DNA of 64,000 nt from a virus (Duplodnaviria > Heunggongvirae > Uroviricota > Caudoviricetes), in the IMG/VR virus record IMGVR_UViG_3300020577_007897; one strand, written 5' to 3'. Below, in pieces: positions 27,318 through 35,594 of the stretch; within the stretch, counting starts at the first letter, position 1; each line of letters starts with the position of its first letter. A model generated the notes under the pieces. That model had not been told where the DNA came from. It made no database searches and was given only the letters and a program-made list of their open reading frames with translations. Both the position numbers and the translations under genes were made by a program.

Positions 27318-27619
27318 TGTTTTTCTTTCAAGACGAACTTTGCGAACAGTATGGCATTACCGATCGCCATCTTGATTATGGAATGGATAATGCTCTCCAT
27401 TTCCAGGAGGAACATACGCATCTTTTTAATGCAGCTTCTCATCTCTTTTTTGAATGGTGCGATTCGCCTTCGGAAAAGAATTACTATGCTACAAAAGAGA
27501 TGATCGAAAAGATTCGTGAGCTTATGATTCAGGGCACTAAGAGTAAGGCTCTTCTTAAGAAGCTCCAAAACGATAAGATTTGGTATTCTGCACTTTTGGC
27601 AAGTGAGGATTTGGGTTAA
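27308..27619 (+). CDS. hypothetical protein
   Basis: 103 aa. Confidence 0.4.
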   Translation: MALMFFFQDELCEQYGITDRHLDYGMDNALHFQEEHTHLFNAASHLFFEWCDSPSEKNYYATKEMIEKIRELMIQGTKSKALLKKLQNDKIWYSALLASEDLG

Positions 27620-27858
27620 TGTTTCTACGTCTAGATGTAGCGCAGCTTTCACGAGATGAAATGCTGCAAATGATTCGAGATTATCAATATCTAGAACAAT
27701 ATGATGACTCTATCGACGAATCTAGCCTTCGAACGTTCGCGCGAGAAATCCGTAAACGGAATGGTTACGGATCAATCGGTATCACGGTACTCATGCGAGA
27801 CATCATTTTCGAAGTTTACCGTCGATTGGCAATGGAAAACATTCGAGATGAAATCTGA
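27619..27858 (+). CDS. hypothetical protein
   Basis: 79 aa. Confidence 0.4.
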   Translation: MFLRLDVAQLSRDEMLQMIRDYQYLEQYDDSIDESSLRTFAREIRKRNGYGSIGITVLMRDIIFEVYRRLAMENIRDEI

Positions 27859-27871
27859 ACAGGAAGCTAAA

Positions 27872-28048
27872 ATGACTATTAATCTCAACTATCTGCATAT
27901 CCTTACCATCATCTTTGTTATCGCGAAGCTGATGGATAAGATCGACTGGGACTGGTTTACTGTTTTCATCCCTTCGATGGTTTCAGTAGGCCTGGGTATT
28001 CTGGTGTTTATCTTCGCTTTTCTAATCATCCTTATCTCGCAGCGCTAA
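27872..28048 (+). CDS. small membrane protein (58 aa)
   Basis: RBS AGGAAG before ATG 27872. Two TM helices. Confidence 0.4.
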   Translation: MTINLNYLHILTIIFVIAKLMDKIDWDWFTVFIPSMVSVGLGILVFIFAFLIILISQR

Positions 28049-28056
28049 GAGGTAAC

Positions 28057-28233
28057 ATGCTTAGCAATCGCCACCGTAATATCAGAGAAGAGATCGAAAA
28101 CGATGCAAAGTGGATTAGGCGAGCAACAATCGCCTTCTTTATCTTTGCTGCCGTAATTGGCACTGCAGTATTGAGTATCTGGTTTGCAGTTGCCTATTCG
28201 ATCGTCAAAGTCGCTAATCATATCGTCCCGTAA
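28057..28233 (+). CDS. small membrane protein (58 aa)
   Basis: ATG 28057 with a hydrophobic core. The antisense ORF in the track is probably spurious. Confidence 0.35.
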   Translation: MLSNRHRNIREEIENDAKWIRRATIAFFIFAAVIGTAVLSIWFAVAYSIVKVANHIVP

Positions 28234-28243
28234 GGAGAACAAA

Positions 28244-28474
28244 ATGAGCTTGTATCGTCCTGGTGAATGGAATAAGTTCGATCGTAGGTGTCATGGTTCT
28301 CTTTATGATCGTGGCGCTGCTGATTCGTATTATGGTCGAGGTATTCGGCCGCATTACTGGCGTAACGGCGACCATTCTGATGAAGTTATGGTTGTTGAGC
28401 AGCGTGAGGTTGAAGAGTATCTTCAGGGATTTGAGGACAATACCAAAGCTGGCGATTTTAAGGACTGGGGTTAA
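28244..28474 (+). CDS. hypothetical protein
   Basis: RBS TAAGGAGAAC before ATG 28244. 76 aa. Confidence 0.45.
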   Translation: MSLYRPGEWNKFDRRCHGSLYDRGAADSYYGRGIRPHYWRNGDHSDEVMVVEQREVEEYLQGFEDNTKAGDFKDWG

Positions 28475-28597
28475 TGGACCTTAACTTAAAGGAAATAGAA
28501 TCGCTTGATAGAGGAGACTACAAGTTTCTTGCATTCTTCGCTATAGGGCTTATACTGTACGTTACATTGTTCATCTTTCTAGGACTGGGGATAAAAC

Positions 28598-28834
28598 ATG
28601 CTTTCGCTATTTTCGGCTATTCCTTCTGAGAATCAATGTCATATTGCTAATCCTGAACTGTGGGAAGTATTCCATAACGTCTATAAGTCTAAGTTCAATG
28701 TACGACCCAAAGGTTTTTGGAGTGAAGCAGAGGTAGTTCAGTTTCTCGATTTGGAGAGTGATAAATACTCTTCTGAATCAGTCTATCTGAATGAGGCTGC
28801 TTCTGAATCTGAATATTACGCGCAATTCGGTTAA
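28598..28834 (+). CDS. hypothetical protein
   Basis: 78 aa. An alternative 51-aa membrane ORF at 28474-28629 overlaps it. Confidence 0.35.
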   Translation: MLSLFSAIPSENQCHIANPELWEVFHNVYKSKFNVRPKGFWSEAEVVQFLDLESDKYSSESVYLNEAASESEYYAQFG

Positions 28835-28844
28835 GGAGATTCTC

Positions 28845-29057
28845 ATGGGTGGTTTGGTTGACTATTATGTTGCATGTTCAAAAGACAATCAAAAGCAATA
28901 CGAAACGTATCAAACTACTGTGCAGAATTTAACGAGTGATATTGAACTGATTCAGGGATATGCCGAAGGTAAGGTTATTCTAGAGCTGTTCGTTCATAAT
29001 GATAATGGACGTCTAACAGTTTCGAACGACCCTGGAAAGAAATATGTATCACAATAA
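28845..29057 (+). CDS. hypothetical protein
   Basis: RBS AAGGAG before ATG 28845. 70 aa. Confidence 0.45.
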   Translation: MGGLVDYYVACSKDNQKQYETYQTTVQNLTSDIELIQGYAEGKVILELFVHNDNGRLTVSNDPGKKYVSQ

Positions 29058-29241
29058 CTTTAACACTCAAGTAGAAATTCAAGTTCAAACTAGCTCTGGT
29101 TTTTGGCAAACGACCCGTACTGTGCCTTATGGCAATGCACAATACATTATTAGACAAATGGAACTCGTGAAACATGTTCACCCCAAAAATCGCGTTAGGG
29201 CCGTTTCGTCAGACGGCCATCTTATCGACATGCTTCCTTAA
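29044..29241 (+). CDS. hypothetical protein
   Basis: 65 aa. Confidence 0.35.
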   Translation: MYHNNFNTQVEIQVQTSSGFWQTTRTVPYGNAQYIIRQMELVKHVHPKNRVRAVSSDGHLIDMLP

Positions 29242-29254
29242 TGAGGTTAATAAT

Positions 29255-29485
29255 ATGTACTCTGTGGTTTACTTCCTTGATCATGATCCTTCTGCTCGCG
29301 TAACGCTTTTCCGTTCTATGGTTGAGCGTGATTGTTGGGATTTTATCCGTCGTCGTATGGAGAGCACTAACAAGTATACGCGTAAGCACGCTCCCAACCT
29401 TTATGTAATTGACTCTGCAGAGGCTTTTTGTGAGCCTCCTGAGGATGTTCGTGCGTTGAATCGAGCTGTTAAGATCGCGTCATGA
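29255..29485 (+). CDS. hypothetical protein
   Basis: 76 aa; RBS GAGG. Confidence 0.4.
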   Translation: MYSVVYFLDHDPSARVTLFRSMVERDCWDFIRRRMESTNKYTRKHAPNLYVIDSAEAFCEPPEDVRALNRAVKIAS

Positions 29486-29964
29486 AACTTAACAGACGAG
29501 GTTTTTTTGGCTTTGGGGCGGGAGCTGTGGCTGCTGCCCCACAAGCCCTTAAGAACAAACCGTTTTGGGCTGAAAACGGGCCAGTTCCTACAAATTCAAC
29601 TCCGCTTGGAATGTCTGTATCAGAGCTCATTCAGATTGAAGCTGAAAGAGAAGCTGTAAGAAAACAAATTGATGCTCAGTATCTCCAGAAGCTACATCGA
29701 ATTGCTTCCGGTGATATCACAGATGAAGAAACTGGCTGGAATACCGCCAAGGGAGACGATGTATATCGTCGATACCTACCTCTCAAGTCTGTTTCAGAAG
29801 CTAGTAGAGATTTTATGCAAGATCGTCGCCGCGTCGCAAATGACAAGCGCGATATGATTAAACAGGCCAAAGAAGCTCTCGAGCGCTATGATCGCACTGG
29901 CATGCTTAAGCAAGTACTTGGCTGGTATAATCAGATTGAACGTGAGGTACATGGATATGACTGA
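29482..29964 (+). CDS. hypothetical protein with twin-arginine-like signal (NRRGFFGFGAGAVAAAP)
   Basis: N-terminal RR-x-FF followed by an Ala/Gly-rich h-region. 160 aa. Confidence 0.45.
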   Translation: MKLNRRGFFGFGAGAVAAAPQALKNKPFWAENGPVPTNSTPLGMSVSELIQIEAEREAVRKQIDAQYLQKLHRIASGDITDEETGWNTAKGDDVYRRYLPLKSVSEASRDFMQDRRRVANDKRDMIKQAKEALERYDRTGMLKQVLGWYNQIEREVHGYD

Positions 29965-30310
29965 GATATTTGTATTTGGATCAAACTTAGCAGGACGTCA
30001 TGGCGCTGGAGCTGCTCTTACTGCACGTAACTATTATGGCGCCAAGTATGGTTGTGGCTTTGGTCCTATGGGGAATTGTTACGCTATCCCGACCAAAGAC
30101 CGTGAACTCAATTCACTGCCGCTTGATGATATCAGGAAGAATGTGGAACTCTTCCTCACATATGCAGAGAATAGTCCTGATCTCACCTTTAAGGTAACAG
30201 CTATTGGAACAGGACTAGCTGGTTATTCTCACGACCAAATTGGACCTATGTTTGCAAAGGCACCTGAAAATTGTAAGCTGCCTGCTCAATGGGAAAAGTA
30301 TAGAACATGA
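29957..30310 (+). CDS. small protein with FGSN..GxHGxGAA motif (macro-domain-like or SLOG-like; function unknown)
   Basis: RBS GAGGT sits 8 nt before ATG 29957. FVFGSNLAGRHGAGAAL ... FKVTAIGTGLAGYS resembles the macro-domain GGGV..AI and P-AISTGIYG motifs. Confidence 0.4.
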   Translation: MTEIFVFGSNLAGRHGAGAALTARNYYGAKYGCGFGPMGNCYAIPTKDRELNSLPLDDIRKNVELFLTYAENSPDLTFKVTAIGTGLAGYSHDQIGPMFAKAPENCKLPAQWEKYRT

Positions 30311-30540
30311 AAATTGTGGCTATTATCTACCTACTAGGCTTTATCACAGCTTGGTTTCCAGTACTAGCTCTTGTGCTGGTTAACATGACTCCCCTCACCA
30401 AAATTGCTCTAGAAAAGAAGATTGATCTATTTGGTTATGCAGCCAGAGCAACCCTAACAGGCTTTTGGGTTATGATTTTCTCTGGCCTTGCACTTGTAAG
30501 TATTGCTGTTACAGAAGCTGTTAAATATTTTATTCAGTAG
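30307..30540 (+). CDS. small membrane protein
   Basis: Three TM segments. 77 aa. Confidence 0.4.
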   Translation: MKIVAIIYLLGFITAWFPVLALVLVNMTPLTKIALEKKIDLFGYAARATLTGFWVMIFSGLALVSIAVTEAVKYFIQ

Positions 30541-31021
30541 ACCCGCCTCTAGCTTTGCTGCCCTGATATACTGGACCATCAACAAGAAGATCTAGTTTAT
30601 CAGTTGGCCAGCATGCTCTCTTCAAATTACCTTTTGGTATTCTCGTCACATTAACAGTGTTAGATTGATTTCCACCTAGAACATAGTAATAATTATCGTC
30701 TTCTGAGACATAGAATGCAATATGATAGCCAAAGTTCATGATGCAACCAAACACTGGCTTACATCTAGTACCATACTTCATATAGCTAGGGCACCATAGT
30801 GGATTATCTACAGCTGATAGATCGCAGTTAGATGGTTCTGCTGTTAGGCAATGAGAAACGAACAATGCGCACCACGGAATATCGTCATTGTTATAGTAGC
30901 GCGCTGTACTCCCGCCAAGAGCTTTTGCCCATTCTATGATCAGGGGATTCGATTGAGGGCCTGGAATCTCATGAGTTCCTAGAAGCGATTCAGCAACGTC
31001 TAGCCATGGAAGATTAGTCAT
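30530..31021 (-). CDS. CHAP/NlpC-P60-like peptidoglycan hydrolase (TIGR02594-like)
   Basis: Cys in IPWCALFVSHC and His in GYHIAFYV, followed by GGNQSN. A lone minus-strand gene among plus-strand genes. Confidence 0.55.
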   Translation of the reverse strand: MTNLPWLDVAESLLGTHEIPGPQSNPLIIEWAKALGGSTARYYNNDDIPWCALFVSHCLTAEPSNCDLSAVDNPLWCPSYMKYGTRCKPVFGCIMNFGYHIAFYVSEDDNYYYVLGGNQSNTVNVTRIPKGNLKRACWPTDKLDLLVDGPVYQGSKARGGSTE

Positions 31022-31214
31022 TTGTGTCCTCTTATTAATCTTGACTTGATCTTACAATGAAGATCGTCTATTCTGTATTTAGATAGGAGAGAAGAATGTA
31101 TCGAGCTATTATCATGCCAATGCTTGCGCTAATTAGCCTGCTGGCTCTTGGCACATTTGTAATGTTTTATCATCCAGAGAGTAATGTAGGAGCCGTTAGG
31201 GTAGAGAGAATGAA

Positions 31215-31430
31215 ATGAAAGACATAGCGTGGGAATTAGTACTTGCTATTTTAGCTGCAGCAAGCATTTTAGGCTTCTTGATTTATTCAATGGCCGCGTA
31301 TAATATGCAGAACAATAGGTATGAATTTGAGATTCAGAAAGTATGTATTGAGGGCGGGGGTACTTACATTCGTCATAATCAGCAGTGCTTGTTCCCCGCG
31401 ATGCCAGCTGGGAAGGTTACAGCACAATGA
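31215..31430 (+). CDS. small membrane protein
   Basis: 71 aa with one TM helix. Confidence 0.4.
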   Translation: MKDIAWELVLAILAAASILGFLIYSMAAYNMQNNRYEFEIQKVCIEGGGTYIRHNQQCLFPAMPAGKVTAQ

Positions 31431-31591
31431 TTCTATTAGGACTGATTTTCGCAATATTAGTGTTGGTGTTTCTTGCAGTTATTATCTTCCGGGGCTACCT
31501 GAACGATGAAGCTATGCGAAAGCAAGAAGTTGAGAATGAAGTGAAGAAAGCCTTGAAGGCAATTAAGGAGAATGAAAATGGGAAGTCGTAA
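31427..31591 (+). CDS. small membrane protein (NfeD-like partner candidate for the SPFH protein)
   Basis: ATGA overlap; MILLGLIFAILVLVFLAVIIF. Confidence 0.35.
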   Translation: MILLGLIFAILVLVFLAVIIFRGYLNDEAMRKQEVENEVKKALKAIKENENGKS

Positions 31592-32447
31592 TGGTGTGTT
31601 TGCTCCTATCTTTGGTGCAATCGCAGTAGTAGCTACTATTATGTTGTTTTTTGGTACCTACTTCACAGTAAGTGAGAATGAGCGAGCAGTTCTGACTCGA
31701 TTTGGTCAGATTCAGTCAGTTCGCGACCCTGGTCTGCATTTCAAGTTGCCTTTCGTTAATAGCACTGCATTCTATCGCATTGACATTCAGGCAACTGGTC
31801 CTAAGCAGCCAGTGAATACGTATACGATTGATAACCAGGAAGTAGACGTTCTGTTTACTATCCACTATCGAATCGATCCTAAGAGCATTGAATTCATCTA
31901 TCGTAATGCTCAGGATTATCAGCCCCGTCTAGAAGCAATGGCTATTGACCGCTTGAAGGCTGAAATGGGTAAGATTAACGTAGCTCACGTTGCTGAAAAG
32001 CGCGGATTGCTTCGCGATTCAATCAAGAATGCAATTGCAGTTGATGCTCTTGAGAAGTATGGTGTAACGGTTGTTGACTTCCAGCTGACGAATCTTGAAT
32101 ATACCAAGTCGTTTAAGGCCGCCGTTGAAGCTGCAGCTGCTGCCAAAGCAAACGTTGAAACTCGTGAACAGGAACGTGTTCAAGCTCTCTTGACTGCAGA
32201 GCGTATGCGAGTTGAAGCAAAGGGTAAGGCTGACTCTTATCTCTTCGAACGTGAAGCTGAAGCTAAGGGTATTAAGTTGAAGGGTGAAGCTGAAGCTGCT
32301 GCTATTAAGGCACGTGCTGATGCTCTTGCTTCTAACGCCCAGCTTGTTGAACTTGAAAAGGCTCAGAAGTGGGATGGTCAGTTGCCCAAGCAGATTTTTG
32401 CTGGTGCACCTGTGCCCTTTATGCCAATTGATCAGGTGAAGAAGTAA
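31572..32447 (+). CDS. SPFH/band-7 (stomatin/prohibitin/HflC-like) membrane protein
   Basis: N-terminal TM, an SPFH core, and a C-terminal Ala/Glu/Lys-rich coiled coil. 291 aa. Confidence 0.7.
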   Translation: MKMGSRNGVFAPIFGAIAVVATIMLFFGTYFTVSENERAVLTRFGQIQSVRDPGLHFKLPFVNSTAFYRIDIQATGPKQPVNTYTIDNQEVDVLFTIHYRIDPKSIEFIYRNAQDYQPRLEAMAIDRLKAEMGKINVAHVAEKRGLLRDSIKNAIAVDALEKYGVTVVDFQLTNLEYTKSFKAAVEAAAAAKANVETREQERVQALLTAERMRVEAKGKADSYLFEREAEAKGIKLKGEAEAAAIKARADALASNAQLVELEKAQKWDGQLPKQIFAGAPVPFMPIDQVKK

Positions 32448-32596
32448 TGTCACGAAAGCATAAGGGAATGAATTATCGGCTCAAGGCACTTCGCCTTGAG
32501 CTTGATATCTCGCGAAAAGACCTTGATTGGTATCGCCGTAATAACAAGGATGTCGAGCTTGATCAGATCAAGCAGACTATAGTGGATGATGAATAA
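32447..32596 (+). CDS. small basic protein (49 aa)
   Basis: TAATG coupling with the SPFH stop. Absent from the ORF track. Confidence 0.3.
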   Translation: MSRKHKGMNYRLKALRLELDISRKDLDWYRRNNKDVELDQIKQTIVDDE

Positions 32597-33050
32597 GAAA
32601 AAGGCTATTCTGGTTGATGTGGATGGTACTCTACTCAACAACAAGCACCGCGAAGGATTCCTGAGAAGGCATCCTAAGCAGTGGAAGGATTACAACTACA
32701 ATATGAAGTTTGATACTCCTTACGATGATATCGTTTGGCTTGTTAAGACCCTTCATAAGGCTGGTTGTACAATTCTAATCTGTACTGCACGTCAAGATCA
32801 AGCCGATATTATCGAGACTACTCGTTGGCAGCTTGATGAAGTTTGTGGTCTAGAGGGCGTATACGAAAAGATCTACCATCGTGCTGCTGAAGACTATCGC
32901 GATGATACGGTTGTTAAGATCGATCTACTTGAGCAAATCAAGCTAGATGGATATGAGCCGTACATGGTACTTGATGATCGTAATAAGGTAGTTAAGGCTT
33001 GGCGCGATGCTGGCCTTCGTTGTCTTCAAGTTCAGGATGGAGATTTCTAA
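32586..33050 (+). CDS. HAD-superfamily phosphatase (T4 Pnk phosphatase-domain-like)
   Basis: ILVDVDGTLLNN (DxDGT motif I) ... LDDRNKVVKAW. Confidence 0.65.
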   Translation: MMNKKKAILVDVDGTLLNNKHREGFLRRHPKQWKDYNYNMKFDTPYDDIVWLVKTLHKAGCTILICTARQDQADIIETTRWQLDEVCGLEGVYEKIYHRAAEDYRDDTVVKIDLLEQIKLDGYEPYMVLDDRNKVVKAWRDAGLRCLQVQDGDF

Positions 33051-33229
33051 TGTCTAAAGAATATTGGGCAGGGTTGTTTATTATGGGCGCAGGCGGTGCT
33101 TTAATCGGAGTTGCCCTTAAACCAGACGCTTGGGCGGCCATTTCCGCCATACTTGGTTTGTTTGTAATTGATGTTGGCCATGCCATCTATAAGGATGCAA
33201 AGGACAAAGCGAAAAATGACCCTGCTTGA
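33050..33229 (+). CDS. small membrane protein
   Basis: ATG 33050 overlaps TAA. Sequence MSKEYWAGLFIMGAGGALIGV. Confidence 0.35.
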   Translation: MSKEYWAGLFIMGAGGALIGVALKPDAWAAISAILGLFVIDVGHAIYKDAKDKAKNDPA

Positions 33230-33443
33230 TTTCTTTGGTAAAGTAATGGCAACAGGTGGCTTTTTTACTGGTGTTTCATTCTTTCTTCTGCTAATCTTTG
33301 GCCAAGCTATTGTTGAAGCAGGTGATAAGAATGAAACAAACAAGAAGATTTCTAGCCAAGTTCTCGGCGGGCTTTGCTTTGCTTTAATTGGCGGTCTTGC
33401 ATTAATTACTGTAGGTAGTTTAGGATATATTTGGGCACGATAA
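33216..33443 (+). CDS. small membrane protein
   Basis: 75 aa with two TM helices. Confidence 0.35.
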   Translation: MTLLDFFGKVMATGGFFTGVSFFLLLIFGQAIVEAGDKNETNKKISSQVLGGLCFALIGGLALITVGSLGYIWAR

Positions 33444-33943
33444 TGAAAAAGACTCCTGTGTTTATTATGCTGTGTGGCTTGCCTGGTACTGGTAAGTCTA
33501 CCTGGGTCAATACCGAAGCAACTCTTCTGGACGATGAATTTGAGAACACCTATATCGTTTCATCAGACAATTTGCTGGAAATGGTTGGTCGTGAATACGA
33601 CCTGTCGTATAATCAGCTGTTTGGTGATGTGAGCTATATGGCTATTGAGCGCATGATGTATAAGGTGGCCAATAAGCTGTTTGAGCGACGCAATAACGTT
33701 ATTTGGGACCAAACTAACCTTTCGGTCAAGTCTCGTAAGCGCAAGATTGATATGGTTCCAGAAGGATACTATAAAGTGGCTGTAGTGTTCAACGAGCCTG
33801 CTGACCATATGGAGCGTCTCAATAAGCGCGCTCTTGCTGAAGAGAAAGTCATTCCAGAGTTTGTTATTGATAATATGAAGCGTATGTTCGTCAAGCCTAC
33901 GAAAGAAGAAGGCTTTGATGACGTGATTGAAGTGACAATGTGA
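33431..33943 (+). CDS. P-loop kinase (polynucleotide kinase-like)
   Basis: Walker A CGLPGTGKSTW, cf. T4 Pnk GCPGSGKST. 170 aa. Confidence 0.6.
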   Translation: MGTIMKKTPVFIMLCGLPGTGKSTWVNTEATLLDDEFENTYIVSSDNLLEMVGREYDLSYNQLFGDVSYMAIERMMYKVANKLFERRNNVIWDQTNLSVKSRKRKIDMVPEGYYKVAVVFNEPADHMERLNKRALAEEKVIPEFVIDNMKRMFVKPTKEEGFDDVIEVTM

Positions 33944-34383
33944 TGAAAATCTTTAGCTGGCATTGGTGGCTTGGTCTTCCAGAGCCAGTAAAGGAAGACA
34001 AGCAAGCTAAAATCTATGAATATTGGCGCAAGAAAGAACATCAGAAAGACGAGCAAGAGAAGACCAAAATGACCAAAAAGAAAGTTGCAACTCATAAGAT
34101 TGATGATATTTTTAAGTTCTCTGTCAAAGAGATTGATGGAAAGGTCAGAGTTGAGATTGCATCCAACATTCATGACGATCGATACGGTTATATGGAAGCA
34201 TCTTCTTGGTACTTCAACACTAGCGCCGTGCAAACTGTGATTGATAAGCTAGTCGCATATCGCGATATGGCTATCGAGCTTGAGAAGAGGCTAACACCTC
34301 CTGAGCCAGAACCTACCAAGCCCGATAAGCCTGATTTTAAACTTCTCAATTTTGAACAAAAAGAGCCTGACAATGTTTCTTGA
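33940..34383 (+). CDS. hypothetical protein
   Basis: 147 aa. Confidence 0.45.
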   Translation: MMKIFSWHWWLGLPEPVKEDKQAKIYEYWRKKEHQKDEQEKTKMTKKKVATHKIDDIFKFSVKEIDGKVRVEIASNIHDDRYGYMEASSWYFNTSAVQTVIDKLVAYRDMAIELEKRLTPPEPEPTKPDKPDFKLLNFEQKEPDNVS

Positions 34384-34711
34384 TTGGTGGATGATTGTAG
34401 TTGTTTGGATTGTAGCTTTCTTTTGGGGCGAATGGCGCTATAAGAAAGGCATGGTTGATGGCTGCGAATTGGGTCTCGATCATGCTGAAAGAGAGCGTAT
34501 GGAAGATAACGGCCGTCGAATGGAAGCTTTCATTGAAGAGCTGAAGTTGCAGCCAGATGAACTGCAAAAGCAATCCATTGCTCTATATCTATACACTGCA
34601 AAACTTAAAGTTCTTGGTCTTCTGAAGTTTCATTCTGACGGAACTATGGAAGGCTATAACGGCAAGCGCGTTAAGCTTGTTGAAACTGTAGAAGGTCAGA
34701 AAGATAAATAA
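34352..34711 (+). CDS. membrane-anchored hypothetical protein
   Basis: N-terminal TM FLDWWMIVVVWIVAFFW. 119 aa. Confidence 0.45.
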   Translation: MNKKSLTMFLDWWMIVVVWIVAFFWGEWRYKKGMVDGCELGLDHAERERMEDNGRRMEAFIEELKLQPDELQKQSIALYLYTAKLKVLGLLKFHSDGTMEGYNGKRVKLVETVEGQKDK

Positions 34712-35080
34712 AGTTTGTATCGTTGAAGTTAACAACGACTGGATGTGACTGCGGGGCAGTACCGCACAGGTCCACCAGAAGTATATTACTTGAGTGATAA
34801 GTTGGTGAAAGAGTCCAACGTAAAAGCCCCTCTTAATCGAACGAGTATGATAGCCCAGGCTAGATGGCTAAGAAAGTTTGAAGTAATATATTTCTGATGG
34901 GCCTGAAATAGGATCGAGCAACAGAATCCGAGTTGATGGAGATACCCCGAGCAAGCTGGGTCAACGCAAGACAAAAGTAAATGCAAACGATAATGTTGCA
35001 TCTGAAGAAGGCACTGGCGGATTCCGCCTAGCGGCCTAAACTTCTGGGTATGGGCACCGCCTCGAAACAGAATGGGCCCA
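34712..35080 (+). ncRNA. ssrA: candidate two-piece (circularly permuted) tmRNA gene: acceptor piece ~34712-34777, intervening segment, coding piece ~34899-35080
   Basis: T-arm-like hairpin TGCGG-GGCAGTA-CCGCA, then CAGGTCC-A-CCA ending at 34777. Downstream GGGCCTG(34899-34905) pairs with CAGGTCC in 7 bp (one G-U). It is followed by AAATAGGATCGAG (cf. E. coli AUUCUGGAUUCGAC). The tag ORF GCA AAC GAT AAT ... CTA GCG GCC TAA (34983-35039) encodes ANDNVASEEGTGGFRLAA-stop. The 420-bp gap has no credible protein ORF. Confidence 0.55.
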
Positions 35081-35084
35081 CTCA

Positions 35085-35108
35085 CCCCTTTACTGGGGTG
35101 TTTTTATT
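35085..35108 (+). terminator. rho-independent terminator after the tmRNA-like locus
   Basis: CCCC-tttact-GGGG followed by TGTTTTTATTT. Confidence 0.5.
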
Positions 35109-35130
35109 TCAACAACAATGATGAGGCATA

Positions 35131-35574
35131 ATGTCATCAAAGAAGAAGAATCCAGTCGTCTATGAGCGATCACAGACGATAAATAATACTGATTTGCTTA
35201 TCTATGTTGAACAACTTGGACCTGTGAGTGAAGATATTGATCGAAAGGAATTTATCTTTTCGATAGATGGAACCACTAAACGAGAAGACCACGACCTCAC
35301 AATTAGCGAGATGTACGAAATTCTCACTACTGTGATCGAAAGTCTTTACGAGTACATTGATAAGCACATCGAGAATATTCTAGAGACCTCCAAAAAGTGT
35401 CTTATAGAATTTGAAGCTGACGGAAAGACTCAGGAAGAAAGAGACCTTAAGAATAAGTGTTACTCAGTTTTCTTGAAGCGACTGCAAAAGAAGATCGACG
35501 ACCAGTTTGATAATATCTCTGTAGAGTATTCAAGAGAAAAATATCTTCACTGGTTAAAGTTTTCAACGACCTAA
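35131..35574 (+). CDS. hypothetical protein
   Basis: RBS TGAGG before the ATG. 147 aa. Confidence 0.5.
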   Translation: MSSKKKNPVVYERSQTINNTDLLIYVEQLGPVSEDIDRKEFIFSIDGTTKREDHDLTISEMYEILTTVIESLYEYIDKHIENILETSKKCLIEFEADGKTQEERDLKNKCYSVFLKRLQKKIDDQFDNISVEYSREKYLHWLKFSTT

Positions 35575-35594
35575 TTGGAGGCATATGAAAGAAA

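Noticed and set aside
28474-28629. 51-aa membrane ORF overlapping the start of ORF 28598-28834
   Set aside because: The two frames overlap by 32 nt and only one is likely real. I kept the longer one as a feature, but the TAATG-coupled 28474 ORF is an equally plausible alternative.
34786-35085. 99-aa minus-strand ORF spanning the ORF-free gap
   Set aside because: It has no RBS. It lies antisense to the tmRNA-like tag frame and terminator, and its composition is that of a chance open frame in a GC-rich structured RNA region. The gap is better explained as an RNA gene.
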